A stretch of 41,592 bases of DNA from Pseudomonas phage LPPA15, in the sequence record PV112476.1, one strand, 5' to 3'. The notes beneath the pieces are model-generated. The model made no database searches and was not told the DNA's origin. It was given only the letters and a program-made list of their open reading frames with translations. The position numbers and the translations under genes are program-made. Of this stretch, positions 18,792 to 27,826 are shown in pieces. Numbering within the stretch: position 1 is the stretch's first letter; each line of letters starts with the position of its first letter.

Positions 18792-19226
18792 TTAGCCCTT
18801 TATCTTAAAATTCTTGCGCATCTTGCGGCCAATTAAAACCGCACGTTCGACAAAGCCCGCCGGGGCTTGCTTTGAATATCCGTCATTCAAACGACGAATA
18901 TAAGGAAGATTGTTCGTTATAAAAATTCGTTGTCCGGGTTTCTTACCGGCTAGAATCTTGCGCGCTTGGTTGATTGTTTCGGCTGCGCTTGCCTTTTGAG
19001 TTGAACCGCCTTCGCCCGGAAAATGCGGCTTGATTTTGTCAGACGAAGGGGTTTCAAGTGTTACAATCCAGTTCGACAAAGCTTGCGAAGTATCGACGGG
19101 CGTTTTAAATGCCAAATCGCCGACAATGGTTAAGGCTGTATCGACGGCGAGTTTAGACGCGGCTTCGTCGATTGCCTTAGCCTTCTTTTCTAAACTTGCC
19201 GCCAAATCCAATAAGCCTTTTGCCAT
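18792..19226 (-). CDS. Hypothetical tail-associated protein
   Basis: 144 aa between the GT chaperone and the tape measure; its start overlaps the upstream stop. Confidence 0.35.
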   Translation of the reverse strand: MAKGLLDLAASLEKKAKAIDEAASKLAVDTALTIVGDLAFKTPVDTSQALSNWIVTLETPSSDKIKPHFPGEGGSTQKASAAETINQARKILAGKKPGQRIFITNNLPYIRRLNDGYSKQAPAGFVERAVLIGRKMRKNFKIKG

Positions 19227-19558
19227 TACTTCGCCTTTTGTTTTGCTTCCATTTTCGCCGAAATCCGTTTAAGGTGTTCGCCGTCCATTCTACGAATGAA
19301 AAAATGCAAATCTTCCGTTTGTTCTTCGTCGAACTCAAAAGCCCTTGCGTAGTCTTGCACGCTAGACCACGGAATAGCGGTCGGGGCCATAGCGTGCGAA
19401 CGTTCGCAATCCAAATCAAAAAAGGCTTGCATATACAACTGCAAGCCCTGTTGAAGTTCCGGCGCGTTGGCGATGCGGTCGGGTATTGGTTGCCCGGCGC
19501 GCATCGCCTGTTTCGCTATTGTCTGTTCGATTGGGCCAAGTTCCAACAGATACGCCAA
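19226..19558 (-). CDS. T-domain of the tail assembly chaperone, expressed as a G-T fusion by -1 frameshift
   Basis: Lies in the -1 frame relative to 19567..19992 and is contiguous through the AAAAAAC slippery site. Confidence 0.6.
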   Translation of the reverse strand: MAYLLELGPIEQTIAKQAMRAGQPIPDRIANAPELQQGLQLYMQAFFDLDCERSHAMAPTAIPWSSVQDYARAFEFDEEQTEDLHFFIRRMDGEHLKRISAKMEAKQKAK

Positions 19559-19566
19559 AACTTCGT

Positions 19567-19992
19567 TTAGTTTTTTACTTCTTCTTCCAACGCCGCATCG
19601 CGGAAGTTCGCCGACAACTTGGCTTCTTCCTGCAAACGTTCATACACTTCCGGCAGGTCGGTAAAAAGCTTCACGGCTGCGGCTTTGGTGAATTCCAGCG
19701 GCTTACCGTCTTCGCCGCTAACGTTCTTCCAACCCTTCAAGACCGTATCGACGAAAACGCCCATAAAGATTTCTTCGGCCTTGTCGTTGTTCATCGTGCC
19801 AAGTTCGATTTGACGACGATAAGGGCGGGTCGCGGCTTCAAGCGCCTTGGAATAACGCTTGTTCGACTTGCCCATGCGCGAAACAACGAAAGTCGGAATC
19901 GAACCGTCTTCGTTTTCGGCTTCGGTCATTTGAACTTCGACGCCTTCCATTTCTTTTTCGCTGTTAGTAGCGAATTGCTTATAAAGCGACAT
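19567..19992 (-). CDS. Tail assembly chaperone (gpG-like)
   Basis: 141 aa, very acidic, ends EEEVKN, directly after the major tail protein, with the slippery site at its 3' end. Confidence 0.65.
   Translation of the reverse strand: MSLYKQFATNSEKEMEGVEVQMTEAENEDGSIPTFVVSRMGKSNKRYSKALEAATRPYRRQIELGTMNNDKAEEIFMGVFVDTVLKGWKNVSGEDGKPLEFTKAAAVKLFTDLPEVYERLQEEAKLSANFRDAALEEEVKN
19570..19576 (-). other. Programmed -1 ribosomal frameshift slippery heptamer A_AAA_AAC (plus strand gtttttt) just before the TAA of the G chaperone gene.
   Basis: The sequence reads ...GAA GAA GAA GTA AAA AAC TAA. After a -1 slip the frame continues ...KKLNEVLAYLLELGPIEQ..., matching ORF 19226..19558. Confidence 0.7.
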
Positions 19993-20058
19993 TTGTTTAA
20001 CTCCTTCGAAATTTGAGAAAAAGGGCCGGAACTTCCCGGCCCTTTAATGATACCGCAA

Positions 20059-21588
20059 TTACTTAGGCATTGCCACATTCGGCAGATACGAAAACGCTTC
20101 GTAAAGCATCGTATAGCCGTTCGGGTTTTCCGCGCCTGCCGGTTCCAGCGGAACAGTAATCGGCGCGTCTTTTTCAACGGCCAGACGACCGCCGCCAAGA
20201 CCAAGCAACGGAATATCGAAGACAAAACCGGCATTCTTCGAAGCGCCGATAACAGACAAGCCAACGTCGGCATTTTGGCGAACCGCGCGAACAGCCGAAA
20301 CCGTCGTAAAGTAAGCCGTAATGGAACCGCCGACTTCGAAGTTACCCGCCGTCGTATCGAATGCGCCAAGAATACCGACGGCCTTGTTCGGTGAAACGTT
20401 GTTGTTAATCGAAACGTTCGCTTCGGAAACGTAGCCAAACAGCGCGGCGGGGTTCGAAGCGGTCGGGTCGATTACCGCCATTTTGATTCGGTAAATGTCC
20501 GAAGACGTGTTAAACGCATCTTCGCCAGCCGCCGAAACGCGCGTTCCCGACTTGATTTCGTCGCCAGCTTCGCCCGATTTGTGGGTATTGTCGCAAGCGA
20601 TAAACGTAAGGTCGGCGTTCAACTTGTCGGCCTGCGGAATGTTCAACGTAAATTCGTTGGCTACCGCACCTTCCAAGTATTCGGCTTGGGTCGAAGTTGG
20701 GCCGCTTCCCAACTGGCGTTCGATGTTGTACGAACGACGCTTGATAAGCGACGGCGTTTTTTCGTTCTTAATGACAGTACCGACGAAAAGACGAATCGTT
20801 TTGCCCGTACCGGCTTCGGTCGCCGGGGTAAAGGTCGTATCGTCGAAAACGATAGCCTTTGCAGCAATCGACTTAATGCGCGCGTAGCCCACATTATTAG
20901 CGAAGGCCGTTCCCGCAGCATCGCCGCCAATGAAGACCCAAAGCCCCGGAATCAGGCCCGGCAGGGTCGTAAAGTCGGCGGCGGTAGCGACAAGCGACGG
21001 AACGCCAGACGTAACAGCCATCGAAATATCGCCGCTTGCGAACTGGAAGCCGACGGTTTGAAGCTTTGCAGCGGCGGGCGGGGCGGCTTCGTCAATAAGC
21101 GTTTCATTAACGACAACCGTTCCAGCGGTCGAAGAAGCGACGGTTTTAAGGCCGTTGTTCGTCGCATTGCTGAAACCGCTTGCGTAAATCAATTGAAGCG
21201 CAGCGAAGGAACCAAGGCCGGAAGCGGCGGCGTAGGTCTTCGAAGAAGCGGTAACGCCGGTAAGCGCGACCGCCGCAGCGTTAAGCGCCTTCGTGTTCGG
21301 CAGTTCGCGCGCATCGGCGAAGAAGAAGCCTTGAAGCAAGCGCGTAAGATTCGACTTCGTAAAGTCGATATTGAAACCGCCCGAAGCGTCAAGGTCGGTA
21401 ATCGTACCTTTCTTGTTTTGCCGCGAAGGGTCGATAGGCGCACGCGCAACGGTCGAAAGTTCGCCGCCGAAATCCGAATAGCTGTTGGGTTCCAGCCCGT
21501 ACCAAACGGGCGTACCCGGAAGCGTTTTCAGCGTCGTTTCTTCCGCGAATGCAAGGCCGGTAATGTTCGAATCAATTTTGTTAGCCAT
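20059..21588 (-). CDS. Major tail protein
   Basis: 509 aa immediately upstream of the G/GT chaperones. No tube/sheath pair is present, so the tail is siphovirus-type. Confidence 0.5.
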   Translation of the reverse strand: MANKIDSNITGLAFAEETTLKTLPGTPVWYGLEPNSYSDFGGELSTVARAPIDPSRQNKKGTITDLDASGGFNIDFTKSNLTRLLQGFFFADARELPNTKALNAAAVALTGVTASSKTYAAASGLGSFAALQLIYASGFSNATNNGLKTVASSTAGTVVVNETLIDEAAPPAAAKLQTVGFQFASGDISMAVTSGVPSLVATAADFTTLPGLIPGLWVFIGGDAAGTAFANNVGYARIKSIAAKAIVFDDTTFTPATEAGTGKTIRLFVGTVIKNEKTPSLIKRRSYNIERQLGSGPTSTQAEYLEGAVANEFTLNIPQADKLNADLTFIACDNTHKSGEAGDEIKSGTRVSAAGEDAFNTSSDIYRIKMAVIDPTASNPAALFGYVSEANVSINNNVSPNKAVGILGAFDTTAGNFEVGGSITAYFTTVSAVRAVRQNADVGLSVIGASKNAGFVFDIPLLGLGGGRLAVEKDAPITVPLEPAGAENPNGYTMLYEAFSYLPNVAMPK

Positions 21589-21601
21589 TTGGCGAACTCC
21601 T

Positions 21602-22063
21602 TTAACCTAATTCGTCGTATTCAAATTCGGCAACGACGTTAAACCGATAAAACAAATCTTCGGGCGAAAGTTCGTTTATTCGGGCATTGCGAAACCAAAC
21701 CTTACCGGGCGTTGATTTGCCCCGGAATGAATTTCGCGCAACTTCGGCAAGCTTCCTTCCGATTTCGCCAGCTTGCGCAAGCGACTTCGGGCAAAAGATT
21801 TGCACGAACACCAGCCCCGAAGAAGTGTAACGCTTTTGACCGGGCAAGCCCGCTTCGTCTGAAAGCGTCGATTGTTCTTCAAATACCGTTTGCGTCGAAA
21901 CGCGGCCCCAAAATTTGGAACCATCCGGCGACGAAGGTTCTTCGACGTATTGCCAACGAATTTCGGGAACATACCCGGCAACCGACGAAGTTTTGGCCGA
22001 ATTCCAATCTTGCCAAAAAACGGCGTTAATTTCGTCGATAGCATTACTATAAGTTGTTGTCAT
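21602..22063 (-). CDS. Neck / tail-completion protein (hypothetical)
   Basis: Position between connector genes and the major tail protein. Confidence 0.3.
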   Translation of the reverse strand: MTTTYSNAIDEINAVFWQDWNSAKTSSVAGYVPEIRWQYVEEPSSPDGSKFWGRVSTQTVFEEQSTLSDEAGLPGQKRYTSSGLVFVQIFCPKSLAQAGEIGRKLAEVARNSFRGKSTPGKVWFRNARINELSPEDLFYRFNVVAEFEYDELG

Positions 22064-22443
22064 CCTTTGAACACTACCGTATAAAGTATGGTTTGACCAT
22101 TCGGCGAAAGAACGTCGATATTTTCCAAACGAAGTTCTTTGCCGTCGCGAATAACAACGTCTTTCAACGACGGTTCGAAATTAACCGCGCCCATATACCC
22201 CATAACCGAACCCGTCGGCACTTCCGTTCCGCGAAGATATGCGATTGTTTCGCGCATTTCTTTGTTAATCGGAAGAAAGCAAATCGTTACGTCGTGTTCG
22301 ACAGGCGTTGCGGGTTGCGTCGGCTTCCAAGGCTGCGACGAATCGACCGGGGCACCGTCGCGAACAATCCGCCATTTAACAGCTTGGCCGTTCTTCGCAA
22401 TAAGCTTCAATGCCGTTTTAACTTGTCGGTCGAATTGGCCCAT
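22060..22443 (-). CDS. Head-tail joining protein (hypothetical)
   Basis: Internal ATG start at 22443 abuts the upstream gene; the track ORF is artificially long. Confidence 0.3.
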   Translation of the reverse strand: MGQFDRQVKTALKLIAKNGQAVKWRIVRDGAPVDSSQPWKPTQPATPVEHDVTICFLPINKEMRETIAYLRGTEVPTGSVMGYMGAVNFEPSLKDVVIRDGKELRLENIDVLSPNGQTILYTVVFKG

Positions 22444-22445
22444 AA

Positions 22446-22967
22446 TCAAACCCGCAAAGTACGAAGCGCAAAGCCGGTTGCAGTTGAACCAAACAGCGGG
22501 GCCAACAGCGAATCGACGGCGGTTAATGTGGGCACGATACCAACTTTCGTCGGGTCGGCGTATTTGGTCGTAATTGGCCCTACGGTTTCTTCGGTTACGA
22601 AGTTCGAAGCCGAATAATTCGGCATAATATCGACGCCTTCGGCAATTGCCAGAATTGCGGCGCATTGTGCCGATTTAAGTTCTTTTGGAATTGCGTTCGA
22701 CGGAAAAGCGACTTCGCTTCCGTACAAATAAACGTCGATTCGCGGCCATTGCAAAGCTTGGTCGGCATTCGTCATTTCGCCTTGATAGCGATTCGCGAAC
22801 GATTCCAAATAATCTTTTGCTTTGATAATTTGAACGGCTACGTCGTCATCGGTAGCCGACAGGGTTACGCCGCGTTGCACGGCATACGCCCGCGCTTCGG
22901 CAATCGTAACGAACGAATTTGCGTTGGCTACGTTAGAACCGTCTTCAACTGTAATTGTTATCGCCAT
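22446..22967 (-). CDS. Head-tail connector / adaptor protein
   Basis: 173 aa, first gene after the capsid block, as expected in an SPP1-like order. Confidence 0.4.
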   Translation of the reverse strand: MAITITVEDGSNVANANSFVTIAEARAYAVQRGVTLSATDDDVAVQIIKAKDYLESFANRYQGEMTNADQALQWPRIDVYLYGSEVAFPSNAIPKELKSAQCAAILAIAEGVDIMPNYSASNFVTEETVGPITTKYADPTKVGIVPTLTAVDSLLAPLFGSTATGFALRTLRV

Positions 22968-23026
22968 TTTTAAACCTTCGTTCGTTACGGTTGCCGCCTG
23001 CCCACACTAGGCGGGCAGGCTGCGAC

Positions 23027-23407
23027 TTATTGCGGCGCGTTGGGCGTCCATGCCGGGGCGCTGGCGGGCTTTGCAGGCTGCGCCGGGGCTTGGGCCTTGG
23101 CTGCGGTTGCGGGCGCGTTGGCGGGCTTGGCCGGGGCTTTCGGGGCCGGGCTGTCGCCTACCTTCTTCGCCAGCTTCGCCAGCTTGGCGGCGTGCGCCTT
23201 AATCGCTTCGTCGGCTTCCGGGTAGGCTTCCGCGTAGGTCGGCGGAACCTTGCCCGTTACGCCGTCGCATTCTTCCAACGCACCTTCGGGCGGAACAGCG
23301 CGGGCATTGCGGAACACGACTTGCGCTTGCATCTTCGAAGCGGCTTCGAAGTCTTCCGGGGTCGGCGAAACGCCATCCACGAAATAAAGAATCTTTGCGG
23401 GTTTCAT
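23027..23407 (-). CDS. Hypothetical head-associated protein with a Pro/Ala/Lys-rich C-terminus
   Basis: Lies between the major capsid and connector genes; low-complexity PAKPA tail. Confidence 0.3.
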   Translation of the reverse strand: MKPAKILYFVDGVSPTPEDFEAASKMQAQVVFRNARAVPPEGALEECDGVTGKVPPTYAEAYPEADEAIKAHAAKLAKLAKKVGDSPAPKAPAKPANAPATAAKAQAPAQPAKPASAPAWTPNAPQ

Positions 23408-23473
23408 AGTTGAAATTCCTTCGAATTAAGTTTGCATGGAAGAAAGGGGCCGAAGCCCCTTCCGTCGTTCGCC

Positions 23474-24457
23474 TTACTTGGTTTTGACAACAACCCCGGC
23501 AAGGTCTTTATGCGAAGTTGCGTACTTGTCCCAATTGGTCGAAGTCAGCAACGCGGCATCGTTCGGCGACTTGCCGCCGTTGGCCTTGTCCCAAGCGAAG
23601 CCCTTAACGCCGACGTTATACGACCATTCGGCTTGATAGGTACGAATGATGTTTTCGCCGCCGTTCTTCGCTTCTTCGTTGGCCGTAAAGTCGTTGTTTT
23701 GGTCGATAATCACGCCGCCCGGCACAAGGCCAAGCGAAGCGTAGTAATCGACGCCAACGCCGCCCGCTTCGTCAAGGAACAGCGCGGGCGAATCGGTCAT
23801 AATCAACAGCTTGCCGAACGGGTCGCGAATAACATTCACGGTTCCGTAAGTGAAAAGCGACGCGCTGTTGGTAAGGTTCTTCCCGTAAAGGTCGAACATC
23901 GCTTTCGAGTGCATAACCCAAGCCGAAATCATCGAAGCTTGGTCGCCGAACTTCGCTTGACCCTTGTTCAAGTTCAGGAACGACATAGTATCTTCGGGCG
24001 CAGTCAAGCCCGTAGCGTCATGCACGACGGCGGATTGCGCGGAAAGCGCGGCGTAGGTCGCACCAAGGCCGGTATTCAGCATATCGGCCATCGTATCGAC
24101 GGCGAGTTGTTGCCCAAGGGCCGCGCCTGCGACTTCCGGGTTTTGCTGAATCCATTTGAATTGGCCGGGGTCAAGGCGAACAGGCGGCGTACCGGCTGCA
24201 ACCTTAACCATCGTATCGACAAGATGCGCCATGTTCTTTTCGGCGACGTTGCCGGAACCGTAAGCGTTACGGCGACGAACAAGCCCCGAAATTTTGGCGA
24301 AAAAGGCAACGTCGGAATAATCGCCTTGATGCGCAGCCGCGCGAAGTTGAATCGCCCCGCCCGTTGCGGCGTTGAACAGGTCGATTTTTTGGCGCAAAAC
24401 TTCGGTCATCGAAGAATATGCGTATTCGGAATAAACGGCAAGGTCAGAAAGTGCCAT
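23474..24457 (-). CDS. Major capsid protein
   Basis: 327 aa directly after the scaffold gene in the order portal-MuF-scaffold-MCP. Confidence 0.6.
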   Translation of the reverse strand: MALSDLAVYSEYAYSSMTEVLRQKIDLFNAATGGAIQLRAAAHQGDYSDVAFFAKISGLVRRRNAYGSGNVAEKNMAHLVDTMVKVAAGTPPVRLDPGQFKWIQQNPEVAGAALGQQLAVDTMADMLNTGLGATYAALSAQSAVVHDATGLTAPEDTMSFLNLNKGQAKFGDQASMISAWVMHSKAMFDLYGKNLTNSASLFTYGTVNVIRDPFGKLLIMTDSPALFLDEAGGVGVDYYASLGLVPGGVIIDQNNDFTANEEAKNGGENIIRTYQAEWSYNVGVKGFAWDKANGGKSPNDAALLTSTNWDKYATSHKDLAGVVVKTK

Positions 24458-24469
24458 GATAAAGCTTCC

Positions 24470-25171
24470 TTAATCGGTTGCCTTCGAAGCTTTGATGTGT
24501 TCCGCAAGTTGTGCGGGATTCATCGAAGCAAGGTCGGCGGGTTTGTCGGATTGGTTCGGGGCACCGCCGCCGTTTTGATTCGAAGACCGACCGGCACCGC
24601 CGGAAGCCTTTGATGCGGTAATTATAGCGGAAAAATCTTTGTTTGCAACAAATTCCGCCGACAGTTCTTCGACGGTCATTGCGGAAACCTTGCCGTCTTT
24701 GTCCAAAACGCGCGTAACCGGGGCGTCGCCTTCGAAATCGGCTTGCAAACGCGCCTTGATGTGGGGAAGAAGCAACGCCGGGGCGTTGGAAATCTTCGAA
24801 GCAACTTGCATTGCGACGTTATCGACAAGTTGTTTTTGCGTATGCGAAGTAAGCTTGCCCAACTTGCCTTCGTATTCGGTCTTTTGGTCTTCAAGCTTCT
24901 TTTGCCAAGACTTTTCAAGCGTTGCAATGTCGCCCTTTTTGCGGGCGTCGTCGCCGTTGATACGGTCTAGTTCTTCCTGCGCTTCGCGCAACTTCGCTTC
25001 GGCATCGCGGCGCAACTGCGCTTCGCGGTCTTTTGCGCGCTTCAAAGCGCCCGTATCTTCGTCGCCGTCAATATCCAGCCGGAAGCCGTCGCCGTCTTCG
25101 ATATATTCGGCTTTGATATGTTCGGAAAGCTTTTCGTATTCAGCTTTGGTAAGTTTCTTTTTAAGTGCCAT
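24470..25171 (-). CDS. Scaffolding protein
   Basis: 233 aa, highly charged coiled coil (KAEYEKLSE...REAQLRRDAEAKLREAQEEL). Confidence 0.6.
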   Translation of the reverse strand: MALKKKLTKAEYEKLSEHIKAEYIEDGDGFRLDIDGDEDTGALKRAKDREAQLRRDAEAKLREAQEELDRINGDDARKKGDIATLEKSWQKKLEDQKTEYEGKLGKLTSHTQKQLVDNVAMQVASKISNAPALLLPHIKARLQADFEGDAPVTRVLDKDGKVSAMTVEELSAEFVANKDFSAIITASKASGGAGRSSNQNGGGAPNQSDKPADLASMNPAQLAEHIKASKATD

Positions 25172-25190
25172 TGCTAGGACTCCTTAGCGG

Positions 25191-26309
25191 TTATGCCGAT
25201 TCACCGAATCGGCGGGAAAGAACTTCGTTAATCTTACGGCGGAATTCGTCAAGCGTTAAAGCTTGGCGGCTTTCAAACTTCGGCAAATCGCTTTGCTTCA
25301 AGTTTCCGTTTCTCAATTCGTCGGCTACGTCTTCGCCCAAAATGTCGTTTTGAACGTCTGCGGGCTGGCGAATGGCCCAAGTATAAAACGATTCGGCGGC
25401 TATGTCATCCGTGCCCACAATAGGCGCGATATGCGACCTGCACCGAATATGCGCGGGCGGGATTGGGCCTTGTCCGAAACGATAGCGTTTGCGATTTCGG
25501 CTTATGCAAATTTCGGTCGTCTTTCCGTCCATTACGGAATACCAACCATACCAACCGAAAAGCGCCGACATTACCGCCGCGCCTGTAATTGCTGCGACGT
25601 GCTGAACTGCGGTTGCAACAACGGCGCTTGCTTGAACGCCGACGCGCTGCAACTGCGACGAAGTACCTTGCTTATTATCTTCGCCGGTTATTTCTTGCAA
25701 AGTTTCTTCAATAGTCCAACCGTTCGCCCATGCTTTGCGAATGGTATTTTCGACGCTTGCTTGTGCCGAAACTGCGAAGGTTTTTACGAACGGCACTAGA
25801 TAAAGCCCGTTTGCAGGAATCGGCGCATTCGTAACAGCCGACCAAAGCCGGTCGTTATTGCCAGTAATTGCGGCCAATCCGAACAGCGGAATAAAGTTCG
25901 CTTGGTTGTTTTCTTCTTTAAGGAACTTGATTGCCCGCGCATCCGAAGGAATTTGCGGCTTTCCGTAACGTTCTTCGTCGAATTCGAATTTCGCATAGAC
26001 ATAAGCGCGGCGGTTCATTTCCAAATCGGCGCGCATGAAGTCTTTTAGCTGTTTCAAAATCTGTTGCGTGTATGCGCTATATATCCTAGATTGTGATTCG
26101 CGCAACGTAACGACAAGCTTATTCAATTCGGCTTTTGTCAAACCGTCAAGCGTTTTATATTTTACACGCGCAAGAATGCGGCTTATTTCTAAGCGAAGTT
26201 CGGCCAAGACAAAGTTAAATTCGCGGGCGTATTGAACCTTAACGCCTTCGATATAAACTTGGCCCCGCGTCGCTATGTCGTAAAGCCGCATATTGTCCGA
26301 AAGTGCCAT
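25191..26309 (-). CDS. Minor head / morphogenesis protein (Mu F / SPP1 gp7-like)
   Basis: 372 aa immediately after the portal gene. Confidence 0.5.
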   Translation of the reverse strand: MALSDNMRLYDIATRGQVYIEGVKVQYAREFNFVLAELRLEISRILARVKYKTLDGLTKAELNKLVVTLRESQSRIYSAYTQQILKQLKDFMRADLEMNRRAYVYAKFEFDEERYGKPQIPSDARAIKFLKEENNQANFIPLFGLAAITGNNDRLWSAVTNAPIPANGLYLVPFVKTFAVSAQASVENTIRKAWANGWTIEETLQEITGEDNKQGTSSQLQRVGVQASAVVATAVQHVAAITGAAVMSALFGWYGWYSVMDGKTTEICISRNRKRYRFGQGPIPPAHIRCRSHIAPIVGTDDIAAESFYTWAIRQPADVQNDILGEDVADELRNGNLKQSDLPKFESRQALTLDEFRRKINEVLSRRFGESA

Positions 26310-26311
26310 GA

Positions 26312-27814
26312 TTACGCCCCTTGGTTGTTATCGGGCGGCGTATTGCCGTCGCCCGGAACGTTGGCAGGGGTCGCAAGCGCCATTGCTGCGGCGGTTTCTG
26401 CGGCAATCTTCGTTTTGGCCTGTTCGTCTTCTTCGGTAGCCGTGCCCGACTTGCGAAGAACCGCGCGCATTTCTTCGAAAGTAATTGCGCCGCCTTGCCA
26501 TTCTTTAATCGCTTGGGCGCGTTCTTCCGGCGTCATGCGGGCAATGTCGAAATCCGTATTCAGTTCGAACGTAATTGCGGTATCTGGAACGCCGACAAAC
26601 TTTGCGCACCATTTCAACGCCCAAACGTAAGCGGCTTGAACGTTCTTTGCGGTACTGGAAAGCGTCGAACCTTCCGACGTTGCTTCTACCTTTGCTTCGA
26701 ATGCGGTTCGTTGAACTTGCTTTTGTTCGACAAGCTTTGCGCCAAGTGCGACCATTTGGCGTTCTTTGGCTTCCATCGCTTCTTTAATCATCGTGTTTTC
26801 GGTCGCTTGCAACAACTTAGCGTCGCCGCCGACCGGAAGCGGAATGCCGCCGCGCGAACCAAACGCGACGGTTCCTTTCAATACGTCTTTTACCCATTCT
26901 TCCGTAAGCCCGGTAAGAACTGGCGTCGGTTGTCCGACAATAAAACAAGATTCTTCGTAATCCGCCGAATTGCGATAATGCGCGACGTTGATACTTGCCA
27001 AGTCGTAAAGGTTAGGGTTATCCGGCTGCGGGTCGTTGTTTTCCGAACCTACGAACGAAAACGGAATTTCGCGCAACGGCAGGCCGTCGGCACCGCGCGG
27101 GCGAAGAACCTTCGAAAGCTGGAAATTGCCTTTCGGCGTCTTGCTTCCATCCCATGCCGACGGCTGCGGTTCCGACCAAACTTCCATTACATATTCGCCG
27201 TTTTCGTCAAGCTTCAAAACGCGGAATTGGGCCGCGTTCTTCATTTCAAAACCATCATCGGCGAACGTATAAGATTCGGCCAATACGACAAGCGACAAGA
27301 TTTCTTCGGCCCCGCGTTCGGTTAAACGCCAATTGATAATTTCTTGCGGCGAATACGTCGTAATCGTCGGGCGAACGCGGCCCGCTTCAAGGTCGGCGAT
27401 AGTTGCGCCGCCTTCGGGAACTTCGGGATAATCGACCAACAGCCCGGCGCGCGAATACGCCAGCGTTAGCGAAAGCGTCTTTTTCGATTGTTGCGTAAGA
27501 CTTACGCCGGTTCCGCTTGCGTTTTCGATAACCGGATTCAACAACGAAGGAACTTTAACAACCGGGTCGCGCATAAATACTTGACCGACAAGGCCGTTCA
27601 AAGTGCGACGGGTTACGTTATAGAAAACGGCGCGTTTCAAATAAGAATCGTAACGCGCTTTATTTTCCTTCGATTGGTCTTCGGCGTTCGGCATCGGCAA
27701 ATAAACCGTTCGCGCGCCTTTAATCGTCGGTTCGCCGGAAAGGCAATCGCGAATAAGGTAATATTGCGGAAGAAGCTTCGACAATTCGGGGCGAATAAAC
27801 GCAACGTTCGGCAT
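26312..27814 (-). CDS. Portal protein
   Basis: 500 aa directly downstream of the large terminase. Confidence 0.65.
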   Translation of the reverse strand: MPNVAFIRPELSKLLPQYYLIRDCLSGEPTIKGARTVYLPMPNAEDQSKENKARYDSYLKRAVFYNVTRRTLNGLVGQVFMRDPVVKVPSLLNPVIENASGTGVSLTQQSKKTLSLTLAYSRAGLLVDYPEVPEGGATIADLEAGRVRPTITTYSPQEIINWRLTERGAEEILSLVVLAESYTFADDGFEMKNAAQFRVLKLDENGEYVMEVWSEPQPSAWDGSKTPKGNFQLSKVLRPRGADGLPLREIPFSFVGSENNDPQPDNPNLYDLASINVAHYRNSADYEESCFIVGQPTPVLTGLTEEWVKDVLKGTVAFGSRGGIPLPVGGDAKLLQATENTMIKEAMEAKERQMVALGAKLVEQKQVQRTAFEAKVEATSEGSTLSSTAKNVQAAYVWALKWCAKFVGVPDTAITFELNTDFDIARMTPEERAQAIKEWQGGAITFEEMRAVLRKSGTATEEDEQAKTKIAAETAAAMALATPANVPGDGNTPPDNNQGA

Positions 27815-27826
27815 TTTGATTTTCCT

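Noticed and set aside
20059-21588. The 509-aa protein considered as a myovirus tail sheath
   Set aside because: It is followed directly by the G/GT frameshifted chaperone pair with no tube gene in between, which fits a large major tail protein of a non-contractile tail better.
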